A DNA stretch of 64,000 bases, taken from a virus (Duplodnaviria > Caudoviricetes). Below are positions 19,612 to 28,498 of the stretch, in pieces. The stretch spans positions 1 through 64,000 of the IMG/VR virus record IMGVR_UViG_2706794597_000005. The stretch is one strand, 5' to 3'. The position numbers and the translations under genes are program-made. Each line of letters starts with the position of its first letter. Within the stretch, counting starts at the first letter, position 1. The notes below the pieces were generated by a model. It did not search any database. It saw nothing but the letters and a program-made list of their open reading frames with translations, and was not told the origin of the DNA.

Positions 19612-20104
19612 ACGTTGCAGTGTCGGTGTAGTGCTGGCGTTGACGATATTGATGCCCGACTTTCATTTACTACATACCTCGCCGGAAGGTCTTGCCCTGA
19701 TCGCAGATATTGAGGGATGCCGTCTGCGGCCCTATCAATGCAGCGCGGGAGTGTGGACATCAGGTATTGGTCACACTGCTGGCGTTGTACCTAAAAGAGA
19801 TATTACCGAGCGTGATGCAGCGGAAAATTTAGTCGCCGATGTTCTCCATGTTGAGCAACAACTGGCGGCCTGTGTGCCGGTAGATATGCCGCAGCCGGTT
19901 TATGATGCACTTGTCAGTTTCTCGTTTAACGTCGGCACCGGAGCCGCCTGTCGCTCGACGCTAGTTTCGTATCTAAAACACCGACAATGGGAACAGGCAT
20001 GTAATCAACTATCTCGCTGGGTATATGTCAATGGAGTCAAAAGTAAAGGGCTGGAAAATCGCCGCCAGCGTGAACGTGCTTATTGTCTTAAGGGAACGCA
20101 ATGA
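19595..20104 (+). CDS. Endolysin (GH24 lysozyme)
   Basis: EGCRL.PYQCSAGVWTSGIGHT, FNVG, GLENRR. Confidence 0.95.
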   Translation: MNSIVKRCSVGVVLALTILMPDFHLLHTSPEGLALIADIEGCRLRPYQCSAGVWTSGIGHTAGVVPKRDITERDAAENLVADVLHVEQQLAACVPVDMPQPVYDALVSFSFNVGTGAACRSTLVSYLKHRQWEQACNQLSRWVYVNGVKSKGLENRRQRERAYCLKGTQ

Positions 20105-20526
20105 AAACACTCATCGTGTTGCTAATTCTGGCCGTGTTCGGTGTGCTATGGCTGTGTGACGAGAACGACAAATTAAGCCGGTCGCTTGAGGGAGCTAATC
20201 GCGTCACCAACGAGCAAAAAAGTACGATTAACATGCTGAAAAATCAACTTAGCGTTGCTGCCAACCGAGCTGATAAAAATGAGAGAGCACAGGTTACCCT
20301 ACGACAACAGCTTGACTCCGCTGGAAAACTGGCAGCACAGCGTGAACAAACCATCACAAGATTACTCAATGAAAACGAAACCTTTCGCCGCTGGTACCGC
20401 ACTGATTTGCCTGATGTTGTGCACCGGATGCACCGACGCCCCGCCTGTACATCCGCCAGTCATTGTTTACAGCGGATGCCCGAGAGTCAGCCTTTGCCCG
20501 ATGCCCGGCAGCGACCCGAAAACTAA
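20101..20526 (+). CDS. lysB: i-spanin LysB
   Basis: N-terminal TM, coiled coil, LLNENETFRRW. Confidence 0.88.
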   Translation: MKTLIVLLILAVFGVLWLCDENDKLSRSLEGANRVTNEQKSTINMLKNQLSVAANRADKNERAQVTLRQQLDSAGKLAAQREQTITRLLNENETFRRWYRTDLPDVVHRMHRRPACTSASHCLQRMPESQPLPDARQRPEN

Positions 20527-20659
20527 CGGCGATTTGAGTGCCGATATTCGTCAGCTTGAGCATGCACTCGAACGTTGTGCGTTACAGGTTGAAATTGTTA
20601 AACAATGTCAGGATGAGTTAGATGCTGAAACCCGACAGTTTGCGCAAAACCCTCACTGA
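20369..20659 (+). CDS. lysC: o-spanin LysC lipoprotein
   Basis: Overlaps lysB in another frame; lipobox LCTGC, CP.V..C, TNGDL. Confidence 0.85.
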   Translation: MKTKPFAAGTALICLMLCTGCTDAPPVHPPVIVYSGCPRVSLCPMPGSDPKTNGDLSADIRQLEHALERCALQVEIVKQCQDELDAETRQFAQNPH

Positions 20660-21089
20660 GGCTGTTCCGGTATTACGTACCAATCCCGATATGCTGCGTT
20701 TATTTGTCGATAACGGCAAAATTGCCGCCACACTGGCCGCATCACTGTCATTTGAAAAACAGTACACTCTCAATGTAGTGGTGACGGATTTCACTGGCGA
20801 TATTGATTTACTGCTGGTGCCGATAATGGCATGGCTACGTGAAAATCAGCCCGACATTATGACCACCGATGAAGGCCAGAAAAAAGGCTTTACGTGGTAT
20901 ACCGATATCAATAACGACAATAGCATTGATGTCAGTATCAACCTGTTACTGACCGAGCGTACCCTTGTCAGGGAGGTCGACGGCGCGTTACATGTGCAAA
21001 ACATACCGGAGCCACCGCGACCAGAACCGATAACGCGACCGGCAGAAATGTGGGTTAATGGTGAAATGGTGAGTCAGTGGAATGAATGA
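20622..21089 (+). CDS. R: Tail completion protein gpR
   Basis: MLKPDSLR, WLRENQPD. Confidence 0.93.
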   Translation: MLKPDSLRKTLTEAVPVLRTNPDMLRLFVDNGKIAATLAASLSFEKQYTLNVVVTDFTGDIDLLLVPIMAWLRENQPDIMTTDEGQKKGFTWYTDINNDNSIDVSINLLLTERTLVREVDGALHVQNIPEPPRPEPITRPAEMWVNGEMVSQWNE

Positions 21090-21528
21090 ATTTAAACCAT
21101 TTGAAGATAAGTTGGCTAGTCTGATTGCTGCGCTATCACCCGCAAGCCGTCGCAGTATGACTGTCGAAATTGCGAAGAAGCTACGCCAACGTCAGCAACA
21201 GCGAATCAAATCCCAAAAATCGCCGGATGGCACGGCCTATGCTCCGCGAAAGCGCCAACCGATCAAAGCGAAGAAAGGCCGAATTAAGCGGGAAATGTTC
21301 TCCAAATTACGCACCAACCGCTTTATGAAAGCCCAAGGCGATAACAGTGCTGCCGTGGTGGAGTTTACCAGCAAGGTACAGCGTATTGCCCGAGTGCATC
21401 AATATGGGCTAAAGGATAAACCGGGACGCAACAGTGCTGCGGTGGAATATCCCGAGCGTAAATTACTCGGGTTTAATAATGGTGATACCGAACTGATAGA
21501 GGATGAAATAATTAGAATGTTAAGTTAG
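21082..21528 (+). CDS. S: Tail completion protein gpS
   Basis: Q..PDGT.YAPRK, IARVHQYG, YPERKLLG. Confidence 0.93.
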   Translation: MNEFKPFEDKLASLIAALSPASRRSMTVEIAKKLRQRQQQRIKSQKSPDGTAYAPRKRQPIKAKKGRIKREMFSKLRTNRFMKAQGDNSAAVVEFTSKVQRIARVHQYGLKDKPGRNSAAVEYPERKLLGFNNGDTELIEDEIIRMLS

Positions 21529-21531
21529 TGC

Positions 21532-22302
21532 TCATTCAAAACGTCTTTCCTCATTGTTTTTAAAATCAATAAACTTATTGTTAGTATCAAAGTAAATCAC
21601 ATAACCAAGAGTTAAAAATGACGTAATTATAAAGAGCAATACAATTAGTATCATCGCCGCAATGAATGACGAATTGTTATTTTCTATTGCGGTCATTAGT
21701 TCTTTTTTCTCTGCGGGATCTTTTGTAAGAAGGTAGCCACATGCTGATATTAGAATTTTCTTATTTGTAGCGGTTGTAAGTTCCCTGCATTGTTTCGCGT
21801 TGAAATATTCATTGCTTTCGGGGTCGTAAACATAGATTTCGGAGATAAGGGCGCGTTCACTGCCTGCATTAAACGAAGCATAATTATATTTGTATGTTCT
21901 TACCGAGTTGCAAACCATAAGAATGGATGCAAAAAAAAGTAAAACTAACGCTACATAGAGAACAATTTCAGCTTTGCCATGTTTGAACTTTCCTATTGGA
22001 GGAGCAAAGGAAAGAAATCTGAAGTTTTTTTCAGATAGAATTCCTTTGCTTATGGCTTTAGATACCAGCCTCGCGTCTTTCTTGTTGAGAACATTGATGC
22101 CGTGGTAAAGCCGAAGTAATTGCAAGTCTAGGAAGTCGCCATCCAGATTTTTTATAATTCTGTCAGTAAAGTCGACTTTAAGCGGTTTAGATATTAATCG
22201 GAGTAGATAGCCAATGCCTCCCGACACAACAAGATACAAGATAATAATCAACCAAAATATTTTATAAAGACCATCAATTCCACTGCCAATAAAATCAAAC
22301 AT
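21532..22302 (-). CDS. Accessory inner-membrane protein of unknown function (moron)
   Basis: AT-rich, antisense between S and V, three predicted TM helices with a Cys-pair loop. Confidence 0.75.
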   Translation of the reverse strand: MFDFIGSGIDGLYKIFWLIIILYLVVSGGIGYLLRLISKPLKVDFTDRIIKNLDGDFLDLQLLRLYHGINVLNKKDARLVSKAISKGILSEKNFRFLSFAPPIGKFKHGKAEIVLYVALVLLFFASILMVCNSVRTYKYNYASFNAGSERALISEIYVYDPESNEYFNAKQCRELTTATNKKILISACGYLLTKDPAEKKELMTAIENNNSSFIAAMILIVLLFIITSFLTLGYVIYFDTNNKFIDFKNNEERRFE

Positions 22303-22421
22303 CTTGGATTCCTTTTCAAATTATTCAGCTTTCAAAACATCGTAACGATTACCTGTTGTGTAGTTTACTGCCCAATAGCATCACGTTGCCATCAAATGGC
22401 CACACCGGCATCCTCTCCGTT

Positions 22422-23057
22422 ATGAACACACTCGCAAATATTCAAGAACTTGCCCGCATGCTGCGCAATATGATCCGCACTGGCGTGATTGTTGAAACCG
22501 ACCTGATTGCTGGCCGCTGCCGTGTGCAAACGGGGGGTATTTATACCGACTGGCTCCAGTGGCTGACTCACCGCGCTGGAGGTTCTCGCACATGGTGGGC
22601 ACCCTCGGTGAGTGAGCAGGTATTAATTTTGGCGGTCGGTGGTGAACTTGATACGGCTTTTGTGCTGCCGGGGATTTTTGCCAACGACCATCCTGCGCCG
22701 TCTGCCTCGGCGGATGCCTATCACGTTACTTTTCCCGATGGTGCTGTGATTGAGTACGAACCGGAGAGCAGTGCATTAACCGTCAGCGGCATTAAAACCG
22801 CCAACATCACTGCATCGCAAACTCTTATCGCCTCCGTGCCAGAGGTACGGGTTAGCGCATCAACCCGTATTACTCTCGATTCGCCCGAAGTGATTTGCAC
22901 CAATACGCTGATCACTGGCTCACTGGAGGTACAAAAAGGCGGCAAGATGAGCGGCAATATTGAACATAGCGGCGGTTCATTGTCGTCAAACGGCAAAGTG
23001 TTGCATACCCACCAACATCCAGGCGACAGCGGCGGCACAACAGGAGCGCCACTATGA
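22422..23057 (+). CDS. V: Baseplate spike gpV
   Basis: NMIRTG, RTWWAPS..EQV, HTHQH iron-binding tip; ATG 22422 preferred to the upstream alternative start. Confidence 0.95.
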   Translation: MNTLANIQELARMLRNMIRTGVIVETDLIAGRCRVQTGGIYTDWLQWLTHRAGGSRTWWAPSVSEQVLILAVGGELDTAFVLPGIFANDHPAPSASADAYHVTFPDGAVIEYEPESSALTVSGIKTANITASQTLIASVPEVRVSASTRITLDSPEVICTNTLITGSLEVQKGGKMSGNIEHSGGSLSSNGKVLHTHQHPGDSGGTTGAPL

Positions 23058-23401
23058 CCGCAGGTTACATCGGTATCAGTCGCACTACTGGTCGGGCGAT
23101 CACCGATGCGGAGCATATTCGTCAAAGTGTGAGTGATATTTTGCTTACGCCCATTGGCTCACGAGTGATGCGCCGTGATTATGGTTCGTTGCTGTCTTCA
23201 ATGATTGACCAGCCGCAAACTCCCGCCCTTGAGCTGCAAATCAAGGTGGCTTGTTACATGGCGATCCTCAAATGGGAGCCGCGCGTAAAGTTGACCTCGG
23301 TGACCATAGAACGCCGGTTTAACGGTCAGATAATGGTCAACTTGACTGGCCAGCACGCTGAAACGGGCGAAAGTCTTTTGTTAACCCTTCCTGTGAGTTG
23401 A
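23054..23401 (+). CDS. W: Baseplate protein gpW
   Basis: HIRQSV.DILLTPIGSRVMRRDYGS, WEPR. Confidence 0.95.
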   Translation: MTAGYIGISRTTGRAITDAEHIRQSVSDILLTPIGSRVMRRDYGSLLSSMIDQPQTPALELQIKVACYMAILKWEPRVKLTSVTIERRFNGQIMVNLTGQHAETGESLLLTLPVS

Positions 23402-23405
23402 AACC

Positions 23406-24314
23406 ATGCCGATTATCGACCTGAACCAGCTCCCCGCACCAGATGTGGTAGAGAAGCTTGATTTCGAAACCATCCTCACCGAGCGCAAAGCGACACTGAT
23501 TTCTCTGTTCCCCGAAGAACAGCAGGAAGCCGTTGCACGCACGCTGGCACTGGAGTCAGAACCGCTGACCAAATTCCTTGAAGAAAATGCTTATCGTGAG
23601 GTTATCTGGCGTCAGCGAGTCAACGAAGCGGCCCGCGCCAATATGCTGGCCTATGCCGTTGGTCATGATCTTGACGTGATGGCGGCAAACAACAATACCG
23701 AACGGCTTACCATCATCCCGGCAAATAACACCACTATTCCACCTACACCGGCAGTGATGGAGTCTGACACCGATTTGCGTCTGCGAGCACAGCAGGCATT
23801 CGAGGGGCTGAGTGTAGCGGGGCCGGTCGGGGCTTATGAATATCATGGTCGTAGCGCTGACGGGCGTGTTGCGGATATTTCTGTGGTCAGTCCTACCCCT
23901 GCTTGTGTGACCATCACTGTGCTATCACGTGAAGGTGACGGCACCGCTAATTCTGATCTACTGGCTGCTGTAGAAAAAGCGCTCAATGCTGATGACGTGC
24001 GCCCGGTGGGCGACCGTGTAACAGTACAGAGCGCCAAGATTGTGCCATATCAGATTAATGCGACGTTATATTTTTACCCCGGCCCCGAGCAAGAACCCAT
24101 TAGACAAGCGGCAGAACAGCAACTCAAAACCTATATCAGTTTGCAGCATCGGATCGGGAGGGATATTCGCCTGTCTGCCATCCATGCCGTGCTTCACGTC
24201 GAAGGAGTGCAGCGTGTGGAACTGGCTTCGCCAGCCCATGACATGGTGCTCGATAAATACCAGGCATCTTATTGCACCCAATACACGATCACCGTAGGGG
24301 GGACGGATGAGTGA
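23406..24314 (+). CDS. J: Baseplate protein gpJ
   Basis: IDLNQLPAPDVVE.LDFE, SVAGP.GAYEYH. Confidence 0.96.
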   Translation: MPIIDLNQLPAPDVVEKLDFETILTERKATLISLFPEEQQEAVARTLALESEPLTKFLEENAYREVIWRQRVNEAARANMLAYAVGHDLDVMAANNNTERLTIIPANNTTIPPTPAVMESDTDLRLRAQQAFEGLSVAGPVGAYEYHGRSADGRVADISVVSPTPACVTITVLSREGDGTANSDLLAAVEKALNADDVRPVGDRVTVQSAKIVPYQINATLYFYPGPEQEPIRQAAEQQLKTYISLQHRIGRDIRLSAIHAVLHVEGVQRVELASPAHDMVLDKYQASYCTQYTITVGGTDE

Positions 24315-24912
24315 TAATCGCGTGTTGCCAGTGGGCTCGTCGGTGCTGGAAGTCGCCACCGCAATGGCTGCGGCTGAAATTACCCGAGTGCCAGTGCCGC
24401 TGCGCACATTGTGGGATCCGTGGCAATGTCCTGTCACACTGTTGCCTTATTTGGCGTGGGCGCTGTCGGTTGACCGGTGGGATTTTAACTGGTCGGAAGC
24501 GACTAAACGCCATGTTATTGCATCCTCATTTTTTATCCATCAACACAAAGGCACTATCAGTGCATTGCGGCGGGCGGTGGAACCGCTTGGCTATCTGATT
24601 GAGGTTAAAGAGTGGTGGCAGTTTAACGAGGAACCCGGCACTTTTCGCCTCGTTATCGGAGTGCTCGACAGTGGTATTACTGACGAAATGTATCAGGTGC
24701 TCGAGCTTTTAATTAATGATGCCAAACCGGCAAGCCGTCACCTGATTGGCCTTAATATCAGTCTAAGTTCAACCGGTAGCCTATTTGTCGGTACAGCCTG
24801 TTATCACGGCGAGATACTGACCATCTACCCCTATATAGCGGATGAAATCATCGTCGGGGGCGAGTTCTTCCCAGCTTCAGCTATACATTTAATTGACTCA
24901 CTGAACGTGTAA
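24307..24912 (+). CDS. I: Baseplate/tail protein gpI
   Basis: LLPYLAWALSVD.W, HKGT, AKPASRH. Confidence 0.95.
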   Translation: MSDNRVLPVGSSVLEVATAMAAAEITRVPVPLRTLWDPWQCPVTLLPYLAWALSVDRWDFNWSEATKRHVIASSFFIHQHKGTISALRRAVEPLGYLIEVKEWWQFNEEPGTFRLVIGVLDSGITDEMYQVLELLINDAKPASRHLIGLNISLSSTGSLFVGTACYHGEILTIYPYIADEIIVGGEFFPASAIHLIDSLNV

Positions 24913-24916
24913 ACCA

Positions 24917-26389
24917 ATGACTACGAAATATTTTGCAATTTTGACGAATCAGGGGGCGGCCCGGTTGGCCAATGCGGCAGCATTAGGGACAACGTTAAAA
25001 ATCACCCATATGTCTGTCGGGGATGGGGGCGGAAAGGCGGTAACGCCAAATCCAGAACAAACAACGCTAATAAATGAAGTCAGGCGAGGCGTAGTTAATA
25101 TGCTCTCAATTGACCCGCAAAATATAAATCAGATAATTGTCGAGCAGGTTATTCCCGAAAATGAGGGCGGCTGGTTTATTCGTGAAATCGGTCTGTTTGA
25201 CAGTGAAGGAATGTTAATTGCCGTCGCAAACTGCCCTGAAACATACAAGCCATTGTTACAAGAGGGAAGCGGACGAACTCAAACTATTCGAATGATTTTA
25301 ATTGTTTCCAGTGCCAGTGCGGTAGAGTTAAAAATTGATCCGTCAGTGGTGCTGGCAACGCGTCAACATGTTGATAATAAAATCATTGAGGTTAAACAGT
25401 ACGCCGATGCTTTACATCAAAAGCATATTGATGCCGCGAACCCACATAGCCAATACGCGTTCAAACACAGCCCAGCTTTGACGGGAATACCAACAGCACC
25501 AACACCAGTACAAAATACCAATAATCAGCAAATAGCGACCACCGAGTTTGTGCGTACATGGATTAGCCTTCTGAAAGGTAACGTTCCGGTTGAACTTGGC
25601 ACCCTGAAAGCATTAGCGGACTCTCTTGGTACTAAGTTGGCGAAAGGTAGTAATGGCGCTGATATTCCCGATAAACCACGTTTTGTCGATAACCTTGGCT
25701 TGCGAGATACCGTCAATAAAGCGGCAGGCGCACTGCAAAAAAGCCAGAACGGCGCTGATATCCCCGATAAAACACGTTTTGTCGATAACCTTGGCTTGCG
25801 AGATACCGTCAATAAAGCGGCAGGCGCACTGCAAAAAAGCCAGAACGGCGCTGATATCCCCAATAAACCATTGTTTACTCGTAATATTGGGGTTTACAAC
25901 AAAGCTGAAAGTGATGCCCGTTATTTACGCGTGCCAGATAATTTACCTGTCGGTATTCCACTGCCGTGGCCGTTAGCTACACCCCCAACAGGTTGGATAA
26001 TTTGTAATGGTCAGCCATTTGATAAAGCGCGATGCCCTCAATTGGCAAAGGCCTATCCAAACGGCGTATTGCCTGATTTGCGCGGCGTGTTTATCCGTGG
26101 CTGGGACAATGGGCGAAACCTTGATGGTGGACGTACATTGCTCAGTTTTCAGGGAGATGCCATCAGGAACATTACTGGGTATTACGTTCAAAGGTTGGCC
26201 GGTAACTCATATTGGACTGACTGTGGAGGAGCGTTCTATCAGGAAGGTAAAGCTTTTGGACACAATGCTATTAATGATGGTGGTAATGGAGCAACAACCA
26301 AGAAATTTGACGCTTCCCGCGTCGTCCCAACAGCCAAAGAAAACCGTCCGGTTAATATGGCGTTTAACTACATTGTGAGGGCTGCATAA
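24917..26389 (+). CDS. H: Tail fibre gpH
   Basis: KYFAILT..G N-terminus, tail-collar PVGIPLPWP...LPDLRGVFIRGWD, ENRPVNMAFNYIVRAA. Confidence 0.95.
   Translation: MTTKYFAILTNQGAARLANAAALGTTLKITHMSVGDGGGKAVTPNPEQTTLINEVRRGVVNMLSIDPQNINQIIVEQVIPENEGGWFIREIGLFDSEGMLIAVANCPETYKPLLQEGSGRTQTIRMILIVSSASAVELKIDPSVVLATRQHVDNKIIEVKQYADALHQKHIDAANPHSQYAFKHSPALTGIPTAPTPVQNTNNQQIATTEFVRTWISLLKGNVPVELGTLKALADSLGTKLAKGSNGADIPDKPRFVDNLGLRDTVNKAAGALQKSQNGADIPDKTRFVDNLGLRDTVNKAAGALQKSQNGADIPNKPLFTRNIGVYNKAESDARYLRVPDNLPVGIPLPWPLATPPTGWIICNGQPFDKARCPQLAKAYPNGVLPDLRGVFIRGWDNGRNLDGGRTLLSFQGDAIRNITGYYVQRLAGNSYWTDCGGAFYQEGKAFGHNAINDGGNGATTKKFDASRVVPTAKENRPVNMAFNYIVRAA
25655..25869 (+). repeat. 96-bp tandem repeat (about 2.2 copies) within tail fibre
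   Basis: GGCGCTGATA units start at 25655, 25751 and 25847; encodes GADIPDK.RFVDNLGLRDTVNKAAGALQKSQN. Confidence 0.92.
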
Positions 26390-26391
26390 TT

Positions 26392-26970
26392 ATGGCTTTT
26401 GTCATGTCTGACAAAGAACAGATTGTTACTGTTTTTAATTATCATTATGAGACTAAAGAATTTGTTGGGGAAAGTGATTACTATATTGCTCCCTATACTG
26501 GGCTACCCGCATCCTGCACGGAAATAAAACCTTTGCTCGCCAGAAAGGGATATGCAGTTATTTTTAATGAAGAAACCCAGCGATGGGAATATGTCGAAGA
26601 CCATCGCGAAACCGATGTTTACAACACGCAAACCGGTGAGCCACAGACCATCAATCAGCTTGGTTCGCTGCCAGAAAACACCACCCTACTGGCCCCAACC
26701 AGTCCATTTGACCGTTGGAATGGCACTAAATGGGTTAAAGACAGTGAGGCGGAAAAACAATATTACTTAGCCGAAGCAAGGCAAAGGAAAAGTATTTTGC
26801 TGGACGATGCCAATACTCAAATTGAAATTCTCAAAGACAGTATTGAGTTTGATATGTCCACCCCAACCGCCGAAACTGAGTTAGTAGCATGGCGTAAATA
26901 TCGCGTTCAACTTAATCAGCTAGATATATCAGCGGCACCGGGTATTGATTGGCCGAAAAAACCGGCGTAA
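26392..26970 (+). CDS. G: Tail fibre assembly chaperone (gpG/Tfa)
   Basis: GLPA.CT, WEYVEDHR, WRKYRV.L, IDWP..P. Confidence 0.93.
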   Translation: MAFVMSDKEQIVTVFNYHYETKEFVGESDYYIAPYTGLPASCTEIKPLLARKGYAVIFNEETQRWEYVEDHRETDVYNTQTGEPQTINQLGSLPENTTLLAPTSPFDRWNGTKWVKDSEAEKQYYLAEARQRKSILLDDANTQIEILKDSIEFDMSTPTAETELVAWRKYRVQLNQLDISAAPGIDWPKKPA

Positions 26971-27080
26971 TTCAGGCGAGCGCTCGCCCGCTTACTCCTC
27001 TGACAAACTCACGTTTTATTGAGTTCTGTATTTTAGTGCACAAAGGTTAAGATAACGATATGTTTATTTTAATAAGTTAA

Positions 27081-27770
27081 TTATGACATAAGAGGAAATG
27101 AACCTGTGGCTGCGAAGAAGCTTTGGGGTATATAGTTATTTATTTTATTCTCATAACAATACTCGATTAGCTGTTTTTTACTGGTAACATTAATTTTCCC
27201 ATAAATATTCTGAATTATGTTACAGATTGTCCTCGGTGATAAATGGATTTTTTTTGATATCTCCTTGCTGGTAAATGATTGCATGATATAAAAAATAACT
27301 TCCCACTCTCGTTTTGAAAACAGTTCAGATGGAGGTGTAAACACCAGTGAGGTTGGGATTTTTATTTTATACAAATTCTTCAGTAAGAGATTATCGACCG
27401 GTCTTCCATGGAAAATCGTTCCTTGTGAAACGCCGTCTTTACCTATTAAAGGATATTTATCAAAAAACCAAGCTTGAAAATAGGTTTGCCCGTCAAAAGC
27501 ATGTATTTCAATTGATGTTATACGGTCTTGCAATAGCTCGACTTTGCGGTCATGCTGCTGAAAATCTGTTTGAAATTCAGCGGTAGGCGCTGGGAGTTCT
27601 CCGTCAAATCGTCCTTCAACGCAAAATTTGTTTGGTAATGCCAATAAGGCTTTGTATTTATCATTTGCATAAATAAACTTTGATTGATTATCTTTGGCCC
27701 CCCAAGGCTCAGAACTGAGTTGCCAAAAATGTATTAATAACTTGAGTGAGTCGTATAGGGATTCATTCAT
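27081..27770 (-). CDS. PAS_4 + LuxR-HTH transcription regulator, VqmA-like
   Basis: WGAKD..SKFIYAN..Y, ELPAPTA....FQQHDR, FDK.P, QGTIFHG, then FSKREWEVIF...HLSPRT HTH. Confidence 0.88.
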   Translation of the reverse strand: MNESLYDSLKLLIHFWQLSSEPWGAKDNQSKFIYANDKYKALLALPNKFCVEGRFDGELPAPTAEFQTDFQQHDRKVELLQDRITSIEIHAFDGQTYFQAWFFDKYPLIGKDGVSQGTIFHGRPVDNLLLKNLYKIKIPTSLVFTPPSELFSKREWEVIFYIMQSFTSKEISKKIHLSPRTICNIIQNIYGKINVTSKKQLIEYCYENKINNYIPQSFFAATGSFPLMS

Positions 27771-27813
27771 TCAATTCACCTTTTAGTGTCGTAATTATAT
27801 TTTAATTATTAAT

Positions 27814-27885
27814 TAAATAGGTAACCATTTATCTTGTTTTTATATTTAAGTCGTGATTGTTTAATTATTAAATAGCGGTTACCAT
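27814..27885. promoter_or_regulatory. Two related boxes in the divergent PAS-LuxR/cupin promoter, candidate operators
   Basis: TAAATAGGTAACCATTTA (27814-27831, near-palindrome) and TAAATAGCGGTTACCAT (27869-27885), each close behind TTAATTAT. Confidence 0.45.
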
Positions 27886-27924
27886 CAGCTGTCTAGGTCA
27901 TTTTTTACTCTGCTAACAAAAAGG

Positions 27925-28320
27925 ATGTTTGGCATGATAATTTTTTCAAATTTTGGTGGTAATAAAATAAAAGAAGACCACGTAGTGGGTATATCAATTA
28001 TAGAAATGTTTAAGAAAAAGGGTTTACAGGCCTATGGTACAATAATTGAACAAGGAAAGTATGTTGGCTGCCATAGTCATACTGAGGGTGAAGAATGGTA
28101 TATCATCCTTTCGGGGGAGGGTTCTATTTGGACAGCAGATGTTTTAGAGGGGATTTTAAAAAATCACCGAGAGGATAAATTTAGCAAAGGTTCTGTATTT
28201 TGTATTTATCCCAATACTGCACATCAACTCACCGCGAAAACAACGGTAGAGTTCGTATTTTTATGTCCAGAATCGCATGTTACCGATGACAGATATATGT
28301 TTGAAAATATTTTTAGGTAA
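27925..28320 (+). CDS. Cupin-domain protein
   Basis: Metal-binding cupin motifs GCHSH...EEWYIILSGEG and IYPNTAHQL. Confidence 0.88.
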   Translation: MFGMIIFSNFGGNKIKEDHVVGISIIEMFKKKGLQAYGTIIEQGKYVGCHSHTEGEEWYIILSGEGSIWTADVLEGILKNHREDKFSKGSVFCIYPNTAHQLTAKTTVEFVFLCPESHVTDDRYMFENIFR

Positions 28321-28498
28321 TATGGGCAGATGGTCCACGCATAAAACCACTTTCCGGATAAGTGCTGCTTCGACTTTGCATGCCTAATGATTGTGTCACT
28401 GCCTGCTGTTGTGCCAGACCTTAACCAATTCAAATAAATAGCCTTTCTTAAAACCAACCGGACAATAACACTCATCTCTTAACCACGGAGTTAAACGG

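Noticed and set aside
21855-21864. GTTCACTGCC, the start of a type I-F CRISPR repeat (possible RNA anti-CRISPR)
   Set aside because: Only 10 nt match, the GGCAG arm is missing, and it lies inside a coding sequence
25655-25869. CRISPR array
   Set aside because: In-frame coding tandem repeat with no unique spacers; no CRISPR array seen anywhere in the window
24917-27080. Invertible tail-fibre cassette or diversity-generating retroelement
   Set aside because: No invertase, inverted fibre copy, reverse transcriptase or TR/VR pair seen
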